Source of the DNA: Chiloscyllium plagiosum
Lineage: Eukaryota
Direction of reading: 5' to 3'
NCBI RefSeq assembly: GCF_004010195.1
Contig: NC_057719.1
Span: 10,481,466 to 10,545,465 of the forward strand
Length of the DNA stretch: 64,000 nucleotides
The notes beneath the pieces are model-generated. The model was not told the DNA's origin. It saw only the letters and a program-made list of their open reading frames with translations, and did not search any database. Below, piece after piece: positions 11,680-24,484 of this stretch. The position numbers and the translations under genes are program-made. The number at the start of each line of letters is the position of its first letter. The stretch's first letter is position 1.

Positions 11680-12700
11680 TTGGAAACCAAAGGCTGCACA
11701 GTACTCTAGGGTATTGTAACAAAATCCTACGCAATGATAGCAGAACGTTTATTCTTGTACTTCAATCCTCTTCCAATAACGGGCAACATGCCATTTGCCT
11801 TTCTAACATTTCACTGTACCTACATGACAATTTTATATGTTCATTGTACTGGCATACAAGTTTCCCCAACGGTCAAAATTTAAAAAGTCTCTCAAAATAT
11901 ACTCTATATCTTACTATCAAAGTGTATTATCACACACTTTTCTGCATCAAATTCCATTTCCCACTTACTTAGCCCACTTACTTATGTTTCTTTGCAATGT
12001 GTCCTCCACAAAGCTTATTTTCTATTAACTATGTCAGCTATGCTAACTTTGTACAATTAGCAAACTTAGGTACATGACTTTAGATTTCTTCTTTTAAGCC
12101 ATTCATACAGATTATAAATAACTGAGGCCCTAGCACTGTTCCTTGCAGCACTTCACTGGTCACAGCCTACTAACTCAAAAATGCCCCATTTATCCATATT
12201 CTCTACTATCTGTTCATCAACTGAACATAATTCATTACCTATGACTCCATTAGCATTGAGTTTGCCTATTAATGGCACCTTATCAAATGCATTTTGGGAT
12301 ATACTAATACATTACATCTACAGGGTTCCCTTTGTCTACTTTAATAGTCAAATCAGCAGAAACTCCCCTAAGTTTGTCAAATATAATTTTCCTTTTGTAA
12401 AACCATGTTCACTTTGCCTGACCAAATGGCGATTTTTCAAAGTACATTGTTTCAATGTTTTTTGATAATAGATGCTAACATTTTCCCAATGACTGTTGTC
12501 ACGATAACTGGCCTGTAACTTCTCGAATTTTCTCTCAACCCTTTCTTGAAAATTGAAGTTACATTTGTCAATGATTACTTCCATTATCTGTGTAGCTATT
12601 TCTTTTAGAAACATGGTATGTAAGTCATCAGATCCTGGGGAATTTGTTGACTTTTGGTCCCTTACTTTTCTGCAGTACATTTTAATCTGCTGATATTAAT
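11680..12700 (-). mobile_element. Very degenerate CR1 RT fragment
   Basis: ORF 12348-12680 SPGSDDLH...SEHGFTKGKLYLTNLGEF resembles CR1 RT. Confidence 0.65.
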
Positions 12701-12892
12701 CAAATTACTCACAATTCACAGCATCTTGGTTACCTTCAATTTTTGCAATTTGTATGTAATTTGTGTCTTCAAATGTAGAATCAGACACTAAAGGTGGCAA
12801 AGATGGGAAATAATGGGACAAACTAGCCCTGGAGAGAAACTACACTATCATGCATTCCTCCACATTGACCTTCATTGCTACCTTAAACCAGA

Positions 12893-13315
12893 GTGACACA
12901 GTGGCTCAGTGGTTAGCACTGTTGCTTCATAGTACTAGAGACCCAGGTTCAATCACACCCTTGGGGTAATTGCTTGTGTAGAGCTTTCACACACTCTTCA
13001 TGCCTATGAGGGTTTCCTCCCACAGTCCAAAGATATGCAGGTTAGGTGGATTGGCCATGAGAAGTGTAGGGTTACAGGGATCTCTTCAGTTTCAAATCTA
13101 ATGTTGGTCTTGCTTTTACGCAGTCTGTTTGTTATGATCTGCCCATACTGCTTGCAAAACAAATTTTTTCACTGTATTTAGGTACACGTGACAACAATAA
13201 ATCAAATCAAATCAGGGATAGGGTAGGGGATAGGTCTAGGTGGGATGCTCTTTGGAGGGTCGGTGTGGACTTGTTGGGCTGAATGGGCTGTTTCCACATT
13301 GGAGAGATTCCATAC
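12893..13315 (+). mobile_element. HE1-type V-SINE containing a LINE-tail insertion
   Basis: tRNA head GTGGCTCAGTGGTTAGCAC...GGTTCAA, V-domain and HER1-like tail; insert 13082-13212 ends in (AATCA)n with CAGGGAT TSD (13075-13081 / 13213-13219), probably a Rex1-type tail. Confidence 0.85.
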
Positions 13316-15264
13316 GGTCTGGTGTTATGGTGTCCACTACCACCTCTGGGAACAGAACACCTTCCTTCTGCACCATCTTGTCCACCAGGACCTCTAGGGT
13401 TTTGTCAACAAAAAATACCCCCTCTCTGCCCATGTCTAGGGCAAATGTCAGGAACCCTGCAGGGCAACTCTGGACTAACCACACTTAGCCAGGTGCACAA
13501 CAGCCTCTTAAAGATGGTGCCTGTGGGTGCCAGGAACATCAGCTCACTGCAGAACATTCTAGCAGTAACAAGTTCTTCCAGCTAAGGGGAATGGCAAATC
13601 AGGATGGAAAGCATCACCTAGAGACAGTTAATAAGATAGATTTGGAATGATAATGCAAGAAATCTCAGTGAGCCTCAAAGGCAAGAAATTTGTGAAAATT
13701 GGCACTTTGCCAAAATATGCCAAAATTTAGCCTATGATCACATCTGCACTATCTCAGAATCCAGCAGTAGTAGTTTCTCCAGCCAGTGCCTGAGAAACCA
13801 AAACATCTCTCAATCGTACAGCAAATGTTTATACAAATGCTGAATTGCATTTAAACAAGAGACAAAATGCAGGCAATCTCCTGGGTTACAAATAAGTTCT
13901 GCTCCTGAGTGCGTTCACAGGTTGGAACACAGTATTGTAAAATATAAAGTAATCATTCTTAAGTATAAGCGACTGTTCACATCAGATCCTTAAAAGGAAC
14001 AGTACTATGGGATCTCACCTGTAACTACGAGTGTTGGTAAACCAGATGTTTGTAAATCGGGGGCCCTCTGTATATAAGAACTGGCAATAATAGGAAAGTA
14101 TCATCTACCATAGCTGTTCTGTCACAAGCACTCAGAGAGAGTTAAGACTTCCAAAGAAAAGTACAATGAAAACAATATGTATCCAGATCAGCAGATTACA
14201 CTAACTCAAACATGACTGGCATTTACCTCCCCTAGTAAACAATAATAAAACACAAATGAATCATGTGAAATATAATGCAAGCTTTTTACCAGCTGCTTGG
14301 CATTGTTAGATTAGTGCACACTGCTATTAAGTTTTACATTTTGGTAATGGATAGTCCATCCAGTATACAGCTGCTTATGTTACATGGATGCAGATTATTA
14401 AGACTCCAGCTGGTTTCTGTCATTGTCTCAATACTGTTGTATTGTAAAGGAGCACGAGCAAAGACTCACTATGAAAGAAAAGACTTTGGGAGCCACACAG
14501 AACTCAGTTAATGGGTTTTCATCTGACAAAATAATACTGGAAATAATAATAGGGTTTTACGTCAGTGGTAGTAATTAAAGTTGCACCTTCACTAAGTCCA
14601 AAACCAGACAGTTAAACCCACCAGGAGAGGGAAACCGACACTGGTGGCTGGTGGCAGTTCCCAGTTATGTAACCTACTGTCTGAGATCTCCTGTGCATCA
14701 GGCTAGGCACTGCCAATGTAATAGCTAATGTCATTAGAAGTGATTGAGCAAGTGTGTTACCATTGTTGCAACAGCATTAAGTCTTTCTGTGGCATTTGTG
14801 ATTAATGGACGTGTATAATAATCAGTGTTATAATGCCTTTCATGCCAGATAAAGTTAACATTGTATGTGATTACAAAAACGCAAATAAAGACTTGCATTT
14901 AATTACATCTTTCACAACGTCAATGTCCCAAAGTGCTTCACAGCTAATGAAATGTTCCTTCGACACTCTATTTTCCTCTTTATGAGGCTAAGTGTGTGCG
15001 GGTTGGGGCAGGTGAGGCACTTATTGACTGATTTACCATCCTCACCATTTGAGAAAGCTCATTTGATTGAATGCTCAGTAAGAGCTGACCAAGAATCACA
15101 GGCCTCAACAATCAATGGCTTAGAGCCCCAAAGACTGTTGGTTGAGGCACAGTCTTCACAGATCCATTGACAAGGTGGTAGACCTTTTTATTAAAGTCTT
15201 ACAAGGTGGGAATCAAGGAAAGTGTGGATTCTGGCTGCAGGGAGCAAATGCAGGTTTTTCAATT

Positions 15265-15575
15265 AATTCATGGGATGAGGATGTCATTGTCTGGACCAGC
15301 ATTTATTGCCCAGGGAGAAGTTACAAGCCAACCACATTTCTGTGGGTCTGGAGTCACATGTAGGCCAGACCAGGTAAGGATGGCATGAGTGACCCAGATG
15401 AGTGTTTCTAGCAATGGATTCATGGTCATCATGGGACTCTTAATTTTTACTGAATTTTTACTGAATTCAAATTACACCATCTGCCATGGCAGGATTTTAA
15501 CTCATGTCCCCAGAACATTATATGGGTCTCTGGATTAACAGTCCAGTGGTAATACCATTAGGCCATCATCGCTCC
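15265..15575 (-). mobile_element. tRNA-SINE (SlmI/MetaSINE-like)
   Basis: Reverse complement of the 37052-37390 family. Confidence 0.75.
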
Positions 15576-16194
15576 CTATTCAGCGATCAGCCTCTTCCTC
15601 CTCAGCCAATGGAGGTTCTGACCCAGCACTCAGGTTGCCCTAGTTACTCAGTTGGAAAGCCAGCCACTTTTGTTGCCTATGGGAAAAGCAGGGAAATCTG
15701 AGAGATGGTGGACTGAAGCCTTTAAGTGGCTGTTAATTGAACGCTTGAAGACTACAATTGTCCACCGTTTTATTAGTGAGGTGGCCAGATGGGGAAATAA
15801 TTGAGTGAGTTGACCCTGAAGACAAGCCCACCCACTTCTCACTATCTCTCCCACCACTCTTTTCAGGGAAGTGGAAAGTTTGCCCTTGGGCTCAGTTGTA
15901 AATAGGAAAACCAATTGGAATGCAGCAAGCTTGCAAAGACAGATAATATTTGAAATGTTAATGAAGTGGCAAATACTGGTCAGGTAAAACAAAAGAATGC
16001 ACCAGTTTAATTGGAAGAACTCAAAGTTATGGTCACATGATGGTGCTGAAAAATCAAATCATGTTATTGAATCTTTCATCCTGCATGCACCAGAACAAAT
16101 GGAAAAATGACAACATTCAAAGGGAGCAACAAATTATATTTCATGAGAAGAGAGAACTAATTGGTTGGAACGTCAGCTGTTGTTGAGCTTCCAC

Positions 16195-16541
16195 AGAATC
16201 ATATAACAGTGTAGAAGCAGGCCATCTGGTCTATACCAACCCTCGAAAGAGCATCCCACCCACATTCACCTCACCACCAAACCCTGCCCCCACCCCGCCC
16301 CACTCTATCCCCAGAACCCTGCATTTCTCTTGGCTAATCTACCTCGACAATACAGGCAATTTACAATGGCCAATCCCTCAAACTGGCACATCTTTGGAAT
16401 GTGGGAAGAAACTGGAGCACCCAGAGTAAACCCACACAGACACAGGGAGAACATGCAAACTCCATACAGACAATCGCCCAAGTGTAGAATGAAACCCAGG
16501 TTCCTGGTGCTGTGAGGCAGTAGTGCTAACTACTGAGCCAC
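16195..16541 (-). mobile_element. HE1-type V-SINE
   Basis: Reverse A/B-box head and V-domain. Confidence 0.85.
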
Positions 16542-17134
16542 TCTTCCTTCCTAGTCCTGGACAGCTTCCTCACTTTATTTTATCCAAATATATTTTCTAA
16601 ACGAAAGAGGTGAGATTCCCTTGGCAAACTCCTGTCTCCTGTCTCCTGCAAAGGATAGGTCCTGCATACAAATACATGTAGCTTTCAGCAAGTAAATTGC
16701 ATTCTGAGCCCGACTAATAATCTCAAATTTGTTGAGAGTGCATTTCTTAGCATGCTTCAGATGGGGTAGCACTTGCTGAGCAATCATGGAATCACATTTA
16801 ACACAAGACATAATATTCTGAATTGTGCAAGCACAGGTTGTTTCAATATAATCAGAACTCTGCATGCTGTGAATCGTTGTTTAATACAATCTGCCAGAAA
16901 TTGGTCCACACGATCTGTGCCAATGTTATGGTCCACTCATTACAATTCAGCTAACCATATCTGCATAATTTTAAATTCCTTTCTCCCTCACATATTTATC
17001 TAGCTTTCCTTTAGATACATGAACGTTATCTACCACAATTACATGATACAGTATTCTACACAATAGTCCAACCACTATATGGGTAGAGAAGCTTCTCCTA
17101 AATTCCATATTGGATTTCTTTCTTTCCCCTTTAC

Positions 17135-17470
17135 TCATTCACAGGATAAGGGCATCGCTGGCAAGGCACCATTTATTGTCCATCCTTAATTCCCCAGAGG
17201 GCAGTTGAGAATCAAACACATTGCTGTGAGTCCAGAGTTACATGTAGGACAGACCAAGTAAGGATGGCAGACTTCTGTCCCTAAAGGACATTGGTGAACC
17301 AGATGGGTTTTTCCTCCCAACAATTGGGAATGAATTTATAGTAGTCAGTAGATTCTTACTTCCAGATATTTATTGAATTTAAATTCCACCATCTGCTATA
17401 ACAAGACTCAAACACATGCCCCCAGAACTTTATCTGGCTCTCTGGATTAAAAGTCCAGTAATAGTACCAC
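17135..17470 (-). mobile_element. tRNA-SINE (SlmI/MetaSINE-like)
   Basis: Same family as 1745, 15265 and 37052. Confidence 0.75.
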
Positions 17471-18082
17471 CTAAAATATCTCTTTTGGGGTAGAAGTGAC
17501 CTGTACAAGGAGGACAGATTGCACCTAAATTGGAAGGGGACTAATATACTGGCAAGGAAAATTGCTTGAGCTGCTCAGGAGGATTTAAACTTTCCAGGAT
17601 ACAAATGCTACAGGAAGGATAGAAAGGGAGGCAAAGAGGAGGGGGAGTGGCGTTTTTGATAAGGGATGGCATTACAGCAGTAGTGGGGGATGGTATTCCT
17701 GGAAATACATCCAGGGAAGTTATTTGGATGGAACTGAGAAATAAGAAAGGGATGATAATCTTATTGGGATTGTATTATAGACCCCCCCAATAGTCAGAGA
17801 GAAATTGAGAAACAAACTTTGAAGGAGATTGCAACTATCTATAAGAATAATAGGGTGGTTATGGTAGGGAATTTTAACTTTCCAAACATAGACTGGGACT
17901 GTTAAAGTGTTAAGGGTTTAGATGGAGAGGAATCTGTGAAGTCTGTACAAGAAAATTTTCTGATTCAATATGTAGATGTACCTACAAGAGAAGGTGCAAA
18001 ACTTGACCTACTCTTGGGAAATAAGGCAGGGCAGATGACAGAGGTGTCAGTGGGGGAGCACTTTGGGCCAGCGACCATAATT

Positions 18083-18381
18083 GGGGCAGCACAGTGGCTC
18101 AATGGTTAGCACTGCTGCCTCACAGCACCTGGGTCCCAGGTTCGATTCCAGCCTAGGATGACTGTCTGTGTGGAGTTTGCACATTCTCCCTGTGTCTGTG
18201 TGGGTTTGCTCCCACAGTCCAAAGATGTGCAGGTGAGGTGAATTGGCCATGCCAAATTGCCCATAATGTTAGGTGCATTAGTCAGAGGGAAATGGGTCTG
18301 GGTGGGTTACTCTTCGGAGGATCGGTATGGACTTGTTGGGCGGAAGGGCCTGCTTCCACACTGTAGGGAATCTAATCTAAA
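18083..18381 (+). mobile_element. HE1-type V-SINE inserted in the LINE endonuclease region
   Basis: Full head, V-domain and tail; ATAATT TSD (18077-18082 / 18382-18387). Confidence 0.9.
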
Positions 18382-20036
18382 ATAATTCTGTTAGTTTTAA
18401 AATAGTGATGGAAAAGGATAGACCAGATCTAAAAGTTGAAGTTCTAAATTGGAGAAAGGCCAATTTTGACGGTATTAGGCAAGATCTTTCAAAAGCTGAT
18501 TGGGGCAGATGTTCGCAGTTAAAGGGACGGTTGGAAAATGAGAAGCCTTCAGAAATGAGACAAGAATCCAGAAAAAGTATATTCCTGTCAGGGTGAAAGG
18601 GAAGGCTGGTAGGTAGAGGGAATGTTGGATGACTAAAGAAATTGAGGGTTTGGTTACGAAAAAGAAGGAAGCGTACGTAAGGTATAGACAGGATAGATCG
18701 AGTGATTCCTAAGAAGAGTAGAAAGGAAGTAGGAGTACACTTAAGAGGGAAATCAGGAGGGCAAAAAGGGGACACGAGATAGCTTTGGCAAATAGAATTA
18801 AGGAAAATCCAAAGGGTTTTTACAAATACATTAAGGACAAATGGGTAACTAGGGAGAAAATAGGGCCCCTCAAAGATCAGCAAGGCAGCCTTTGTGTGGA
18901 ACCGCAGAAAATGGGGGAGATACGAAATGAATATTTTGCATCAGTATTTATTGTGGAAAAGGATATGGAAGATATAGACTGTAGGGAAATAAATCGTGAC
19001 ACCTTGAAAAATGTCCATATTACAGAGGAGGAAGTGCTGGATGCCTTGAAACGCATAAAGGTGGATAAATCCCCAGGACATGATCAGGTGTACCCTGGAA
19101 TTCTGTGGGAAGCTAGAGAAGTGATTGCTGGGCCTCTTGCTGAGATATTTGTATCATCGATCGTGACAAGTGAGGTGCCAGAAGAGTGAAGGTTGGCAAA
19201 CGTGGTGCCACTGTTTAAGAAGGGCACTGTTAAAGACAAGCCAGGGAACTATAGACTGATGAGCCTGACCTCAGTGGTGGGCAAGTTATTGGAGGGAATC
19301 CTGAGGGACAGGATGTACATGTATTTGGAAAGGCAAGGACTGATAGGGATAGCAACATGGCTTTGTGCATGGGAAATCATGTCTCACAAACTTGATTGAG
19401 TTTTTTGAAGTAGTAACAAAGAGGATTGATGAGGGCAGAGCAGTAGACATGACCTATATGGACTTCAGTAAGGCATTCGACAAGGTTCCCCATGGGAGAC
19501 TGGTTAGCTAGATTAGATCTCATGGAATACGGGGAGAACTAGCCATCTGGATACAGAACTGGTTCAAAGGTAGAAGACAGAGGGTGGTGGTGGAGGGTTG
19601 TTTTTCAGACTGTAGGCCTGTGACCAGTGGAGTGCCACAAGGATTGGTGCTGGGTCCTCTACTTTTTGTCATTTACATAAATGATATGGATGCGAGCATA
19701 AGAGGTATAGTTGCAGAAGATACCAAAATTGGAGGTGTGGTGGACAGTGAAGAAGGTTACCTCAGATTACAATGGGATCTTGATCACATGGGTCAATGGG
19801 CTGAGAAGTGGCAGATGGAGTTTAAGTTAAATAAATGCGAGGTGCTGTATTTTGGGAAAGCAAATCTTAGCAGGACTTATACACTTAATGGTAAGGTCCT
19901 AGGGAGTGTTGCTGAACAAAGAGACCTTGGAGTGCAGGTTCATAGCTCCTTGAAAGTGGAGTGGCGGGTATGTAGGATAGTGAAGAAGGCGTTTGGTATG
20001 CTTTCCTTTATTGGTCAGAGTATTGAGTACAGGAGT

Positions 20037-20190
20037 NNNNNNNNNNNNNNNNNNNNNNNNNNNNNNNNNNNNNNNNNNNNNNNNNNNNNNNNNNNNNNNN
20101 NNNNNNNNNNNNNNNNNNNNNNNNNNNNNNNNNNNNNNNNNNNNNNNNNNNNNNNNNNNNNNNNNNNNNNNNNNNNNNNNNNNNNNNNNN
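20037..20190. other. Assembly gap (154 N)
   Basis: N run. Confidence 1.
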
Positions 20191-21754
20191 ATAAATGCGA
20201 GGTGCTGTATTTTGGGAAAGCAAATCTTAGCAGGACTTATACACTTAATGGTAAGGTCCTAGGGAGTGTTGCTGAACAAAGAGACCTTGGAGTGCAGGTT
20301 CATAGCTCCTTGAAAGTGGAGTTGCGGGTATGTAGGATAGTGAAGGCAGTGTCTGGTATGCTTTCCTTTATTAGTCAGAGTATTGAGTACAGGAGTTGGG
20401 AAGTCATGTTGCAGCTGTACAGGTCATTGGTTAGGCCACTGATGGAATATTGCATGCAATTCTGGTCTCCTTCCTATCAGAAAGATGTTGTGAAATGTGA
20501 AAGGGTTCAGAAAAGATTTACAAGGATGCTGCCAGGGTTGGAGGATTTGACCTATAAGGAGAGGCTGAACAGGCTGGGCTGTTTTTCCTGGAGCGTCGGA
20601 GACTGAGGGGTGATCTTATGGAGGTTTACAAAATTATGAGGGGCATGGATAGGATAAATAGACAAAGTCTTTTCCCTGAGGTCGTGGAGTGGTGGAAGTG
20701 GTGGAAACTGGTACAATTGTAACATTTAAAAGGCATTTGGATGGGTTTCTGAATAGGAAGGGTTTGGAGGGATATGGGCTAGGTACTGGCAGGTGGGACT
20801 AGATTGGGTTGGGATATCTGGTCAGCATGGACGGGTTGGACCGAAGGGTCTGTTTCCATGCTGTACATCTCTATGACTATCACTAGACCATTGACCCCCT
20901 TATTAGTGCCTATGTATATTTATGATCTCTGGTGCAGAACATGCCCCCACAGTTATTCTCAACTCAAATTGAAGTTACACATCTGGATTTCCTACCATGA
21001 CAATACTACTTCCATACCTCAAAGAAAAGTTATTTGATGATAGGCATAATTTCCAACTCTCTGTCTGCATAGTTCACAAAGCTCGCATTTTATTGCACAA
21101 TAATAATACATGCTCTGATATACATTCAATCAAAAGCAACTTAAACACTCTGCAATACAGAAATGGAATGAAAGACTGGAATCGTAATTTGAGAAGATTA
21201 GTCTAAAATAAATATTATGGATCGGAGCTGGTAATAAATATGTCTTCCGTGATTACATACTTGAATACTGCGATCAACATTCGACCACTGACTGGAGTTC
21301 TTAATGAATTTTTATTTAGAATGGTTTCTATGTCTGTAATAAGACACCAACTGAAACATGATTTCAGGCAGTGACAGCAAGTGCAGCAACAGTAGGATTG
21401 TTCAAAAAGTATATTGATGCTTTGAGAGCTGCTCCTCTTTTCTGCTCATCACATTTAGCTACAATTATAAACATTTGCGACAAAGAGTAAACATAAAAAG
21501 ATAATTATACATTGCCCATAATCACACTATTGAGCTTGAAAAATAGGCTTTGATGTATCCTCAAGTGCTCAGTATCCAATCTACATACAAATGCCAATCT
21601 ACAGTACCTTTTGAATTCAGATCCATAATGTATTACGGGCTAAATACAAAAGGCACTGATCACTATTTTAATGTACTGCATGATGAGAGAATTTTTTGGC
21701 AAATTGAGAACAAAGTACAATTTCATTTTTCCCCAACAATTCCACTCGTGTCTT

Positions 21755-22082
21755 ATTGTTGTGGTTCTGTTCGTGGAGCTGGGCATTTGTGCTGCAGACA
21801 TTTCGTCCCCTGTCTAGGTGACATCCTCAGTGCTTGGGAGCCTCCTGTGAAACACTTCTGTGATCTTTCCTCCGGCATTTATAGTGGTTTGAATCTGCTG
21901 CTTCCGGTTGTCAGTTCCAGCTGTCCACTGCAGTGGTCGGTATATTGGGTCCAGGTCGATGTGCTTATTGATTGAATCTGTGGATGAGTGCCATACCTCT
22001 AGGAATTCCCTGGCTGTTCTCTGTTTGGCTTGTCCTATAATAGTAGTGTTGTCCCAGTCAAACTCATGTTGCTTGCCATCTT
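21755..22082 (-). mobile_element. PLE (family 2b) 3' end with hammerhead
   Basis: AREFLE..SINKHIDLDPIY C-terminus; near-identical to 56730-57020. Confidence 0.85.
21794..21833 (-). ncRNA. Minimal hammerhead ribozyme motif
   Basis: GCA CUGAGGA U GUCACC-UAGACA-GGGGAC GAA AUGU C UGC; helix I GCA/UGC, GUC triplet. Confidence 0.7.
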
Positions 22083-22329
22083 GTGTCTTGTGGTATAATG
22101 TGGGGCAGAAATTGGTTTGTGTTGTTCATAGTTTTCAGATGTAAATCATGCACAGTGTATATCAATTCAGCAGTGGGACAATCTGCAGACCCCGTTCATC
22201 AGCACTGCTCACACTGTTAAATTTAAATGACTTTCTTTTAAGGTAACATGAAACAGGTATTAAACATCTTTGATAGTCAATTAGAATCCCAAAGGCCGTA
22301 AAATTACCATGGGCCGATGAGTAGCATAT

Positions 22330-22660
22330 CAAAGAATCCCTGCAGTGTGGAAGCAAGCCATCCAGCTCAATGAGCCCCACAGTGACCCTCCAAAGAGCAT
22401 CCCACCCAGACCCTCCCTACCCAATCACCCTGCATTTCCCATGACTTGTCCACCAAGCCTCACATCCCTGGACACTATGGGCAATTCAGCATGATCAATC
22501 CACCCAGCGTGCACGCCTTTGGAGTGTGAGGGGAATCAGAAGCACCCAGAGGAAACCCACACAGACATGGAAAATATGCAAACTCCACACAGTCACCCAA
22601 GGAATCAGGCCCAGATCTCTGATGCACTGAGAGAGCAGTGCTAAGCACGGAGCTATTGTG
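22330..22660 (-). mobile_element. HE1-type V-SINE (older)
   Basis: Reverse V-domain and tail. Confidence 0.8.
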
Positions 22661-23020
22661 CTGTTTAAGGATTCTTCTGTGGACCATACTATTTCAATAA
22701 AATTAATTACTATTTCAATAAAATAATCCTGTTGAATCAGGTGAAGTGAAAATGATTCACCAGACTCAACTATCCTGGCAAATATCTCCCAACCTCTTTA
22801 TCCCATTGCAGGCATCATTCCAATCCAGCCATGACCAACTCATCTCTTGATCAATAATCCTCAAGCAGCCCATAATTTCTCAGGGAGACGGGAGACTTTA
22901 AACAGATTTTCCCACTGTTGAACTGAGTCCCAGGAAACAAATTATGGTAAACTTTGTCATGTAGCTTCACACAGTGCTAAATCTGAAACAAGTTCAGAGC
23001 AAAAATAAACTTGTGAATAA

Positions 23021-24484
23021 ACCCGAACTCTGCAGGGAAGTGATTGCTGGGCCACTTGCTGGGATATTTGTATCATCGATAGTCACAGGTGAGGTGCTGG
23101 AAGATTGGAGGTTGGCTAACATGGTGCCACTATTTAAGAAAGTTAGTAAGGAAAAGCCAGGAAACTATAGACCGGTGAGCCTGACATCATTGGTAGGCAA
23201 GTTGCTGGAGGGAATCCTGAGGGACAAAGATGTACATGTATTTGACAAGGCAAGGACTGATTAGGGATAGTCAGCATTGGAAATCATGTCTCATGAACGT
23301 GATTGAGTTTTTTGAAGAAGTAACGAAGAGGATTCATGACGGCAGTGTGGCAGTTATGATCAAGATGGACTTCAGTAAGGCGTTCAGCAAAGTTCCTCAT
23401 GGGAGACTGGTTAGCATGGTTAGATGCCAGGGAATACAGGCAGAACTAGCTATATGGACACAGAACTGGCCTGAAGGTAGAAGACAGAGGGTGGTGGTGG
23501 AGGGTTGCTTTTCAGACTGGAGGCCTGTGGCCAGTGGAATGCCACAAGGATTGGTGCTGGGGTCACTGCTTTTTGACAATTATATAAATGACTTGGATTT
23601 GAACATAGGAGGTATAGTTAATAAAGTTTGCAGATGACACCAAATTTGGAGATGTCGTGGACAGCGAAGAAGGTTACCTCAGATTACAGCGCGATCTTGA
23701 TCAGATGGGGCAATGGACCAAGGAGAGGCTGATGGAGTTTAATTTAGAACAGCAAATCAGAGCAGGACTGAAACGCAATGGGAGTTGATGAACAAAAAGA
23801 CGTTGGAGTGCAAGTTCATATTTTCTTGAAAGTGGAGTCGCAGGTAGATAGCATAGTGAAGAGAGCATCAGGAATGCTTTCCTTTATTGGTCAGAGCATT
23901 GAGTATAGGAGTTGGGAGGTCAAGTTGCAGCTGTACATGGCCATTGATTAGGCCACTTTTGGAATATTGCATGCAATTCTGCTCTCCTTCCTATCAGAAA
24001 GATGTTGTGAAACTTGAAATGGTTCAGCTAAGATTTACAAGGATGTTGCCAGGGTTGGAGGATTTGAGCTATAGGGAGAGGTTGAATAGGCTGGAGCTGT
24101 TTTCCCTGGAAAGTCGGAGGCTGAGGGGTGACCTTATAGAGTTTTTATCCGATCCATGAGGAGCAAGGATAGGAGAAATAGACAAGGTATCTTCCCTGGG
24201 GTGAAGGACTCCAGAACCAGAGGGCATTGGTTTAGGGTGAGAGGGGAAAGATTTAAAAGGGACCTATGAGGCAACCTTTTCACACAGAGGTGTGTGTATG
24301 GAATGAGCTGCCAGAGGAAGTGGTGGAGGCTGGTACAATTACAGCATTTAAAAGGCATCTGGATGGGTTTCGAGGGATATGGGCCAAGTGCTGGCAAATG
24401 AGATTAGATTAGGTTGGGATACCTGGTCGGCATGGACAAGTTGGACCGAAGGATTTGTTTCCGTGTTGTACATCTCTATGACTC
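23021..24484 (+). mobile_element. 5'-truncated HER1-type CR1 LINE
   Basis: WRLANMVPLFKK..PGNYRPVSLTS, DFSKAFSKV and GMPQGLVLG motifs; tail. Confidence 0.9.

Larger units (their letters stand above)
17478..20880 (+). mobile_element. Long HER1-type CR1 LINE: ORF1 end plus disrupted ORF2 (APE endonuclease and RT)
   Basis: ORF1 SGNH-like DRLHLNWKGTNILA (~17514); EN motifs GGGVA, GNFNFP, LDL, SDH; RT motifs DFSKAFDKV and GVPQGLVLGP; (CTATGA) tail; many stops and frameshifts. Confidence 0.92.

Noticed and set aside
14015..14090. Minus-strand exon candidate with CAG|GTGAG donor
   Set aside because: No recognisable peptide; may be an old repeat remnant, so unsupported.
18083..18155. tRNA genes (here and at other SINE heads)
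   Set aside because: A/B boxes run straight into the V-domain and LINE-like tail; these are SINE heads.
19584..20606. 340-aa RT ORF as a functional gene
   Set aside because: Spans Ns and a probable false duplication; the FADD motif is damaged and upstream frames are broken.
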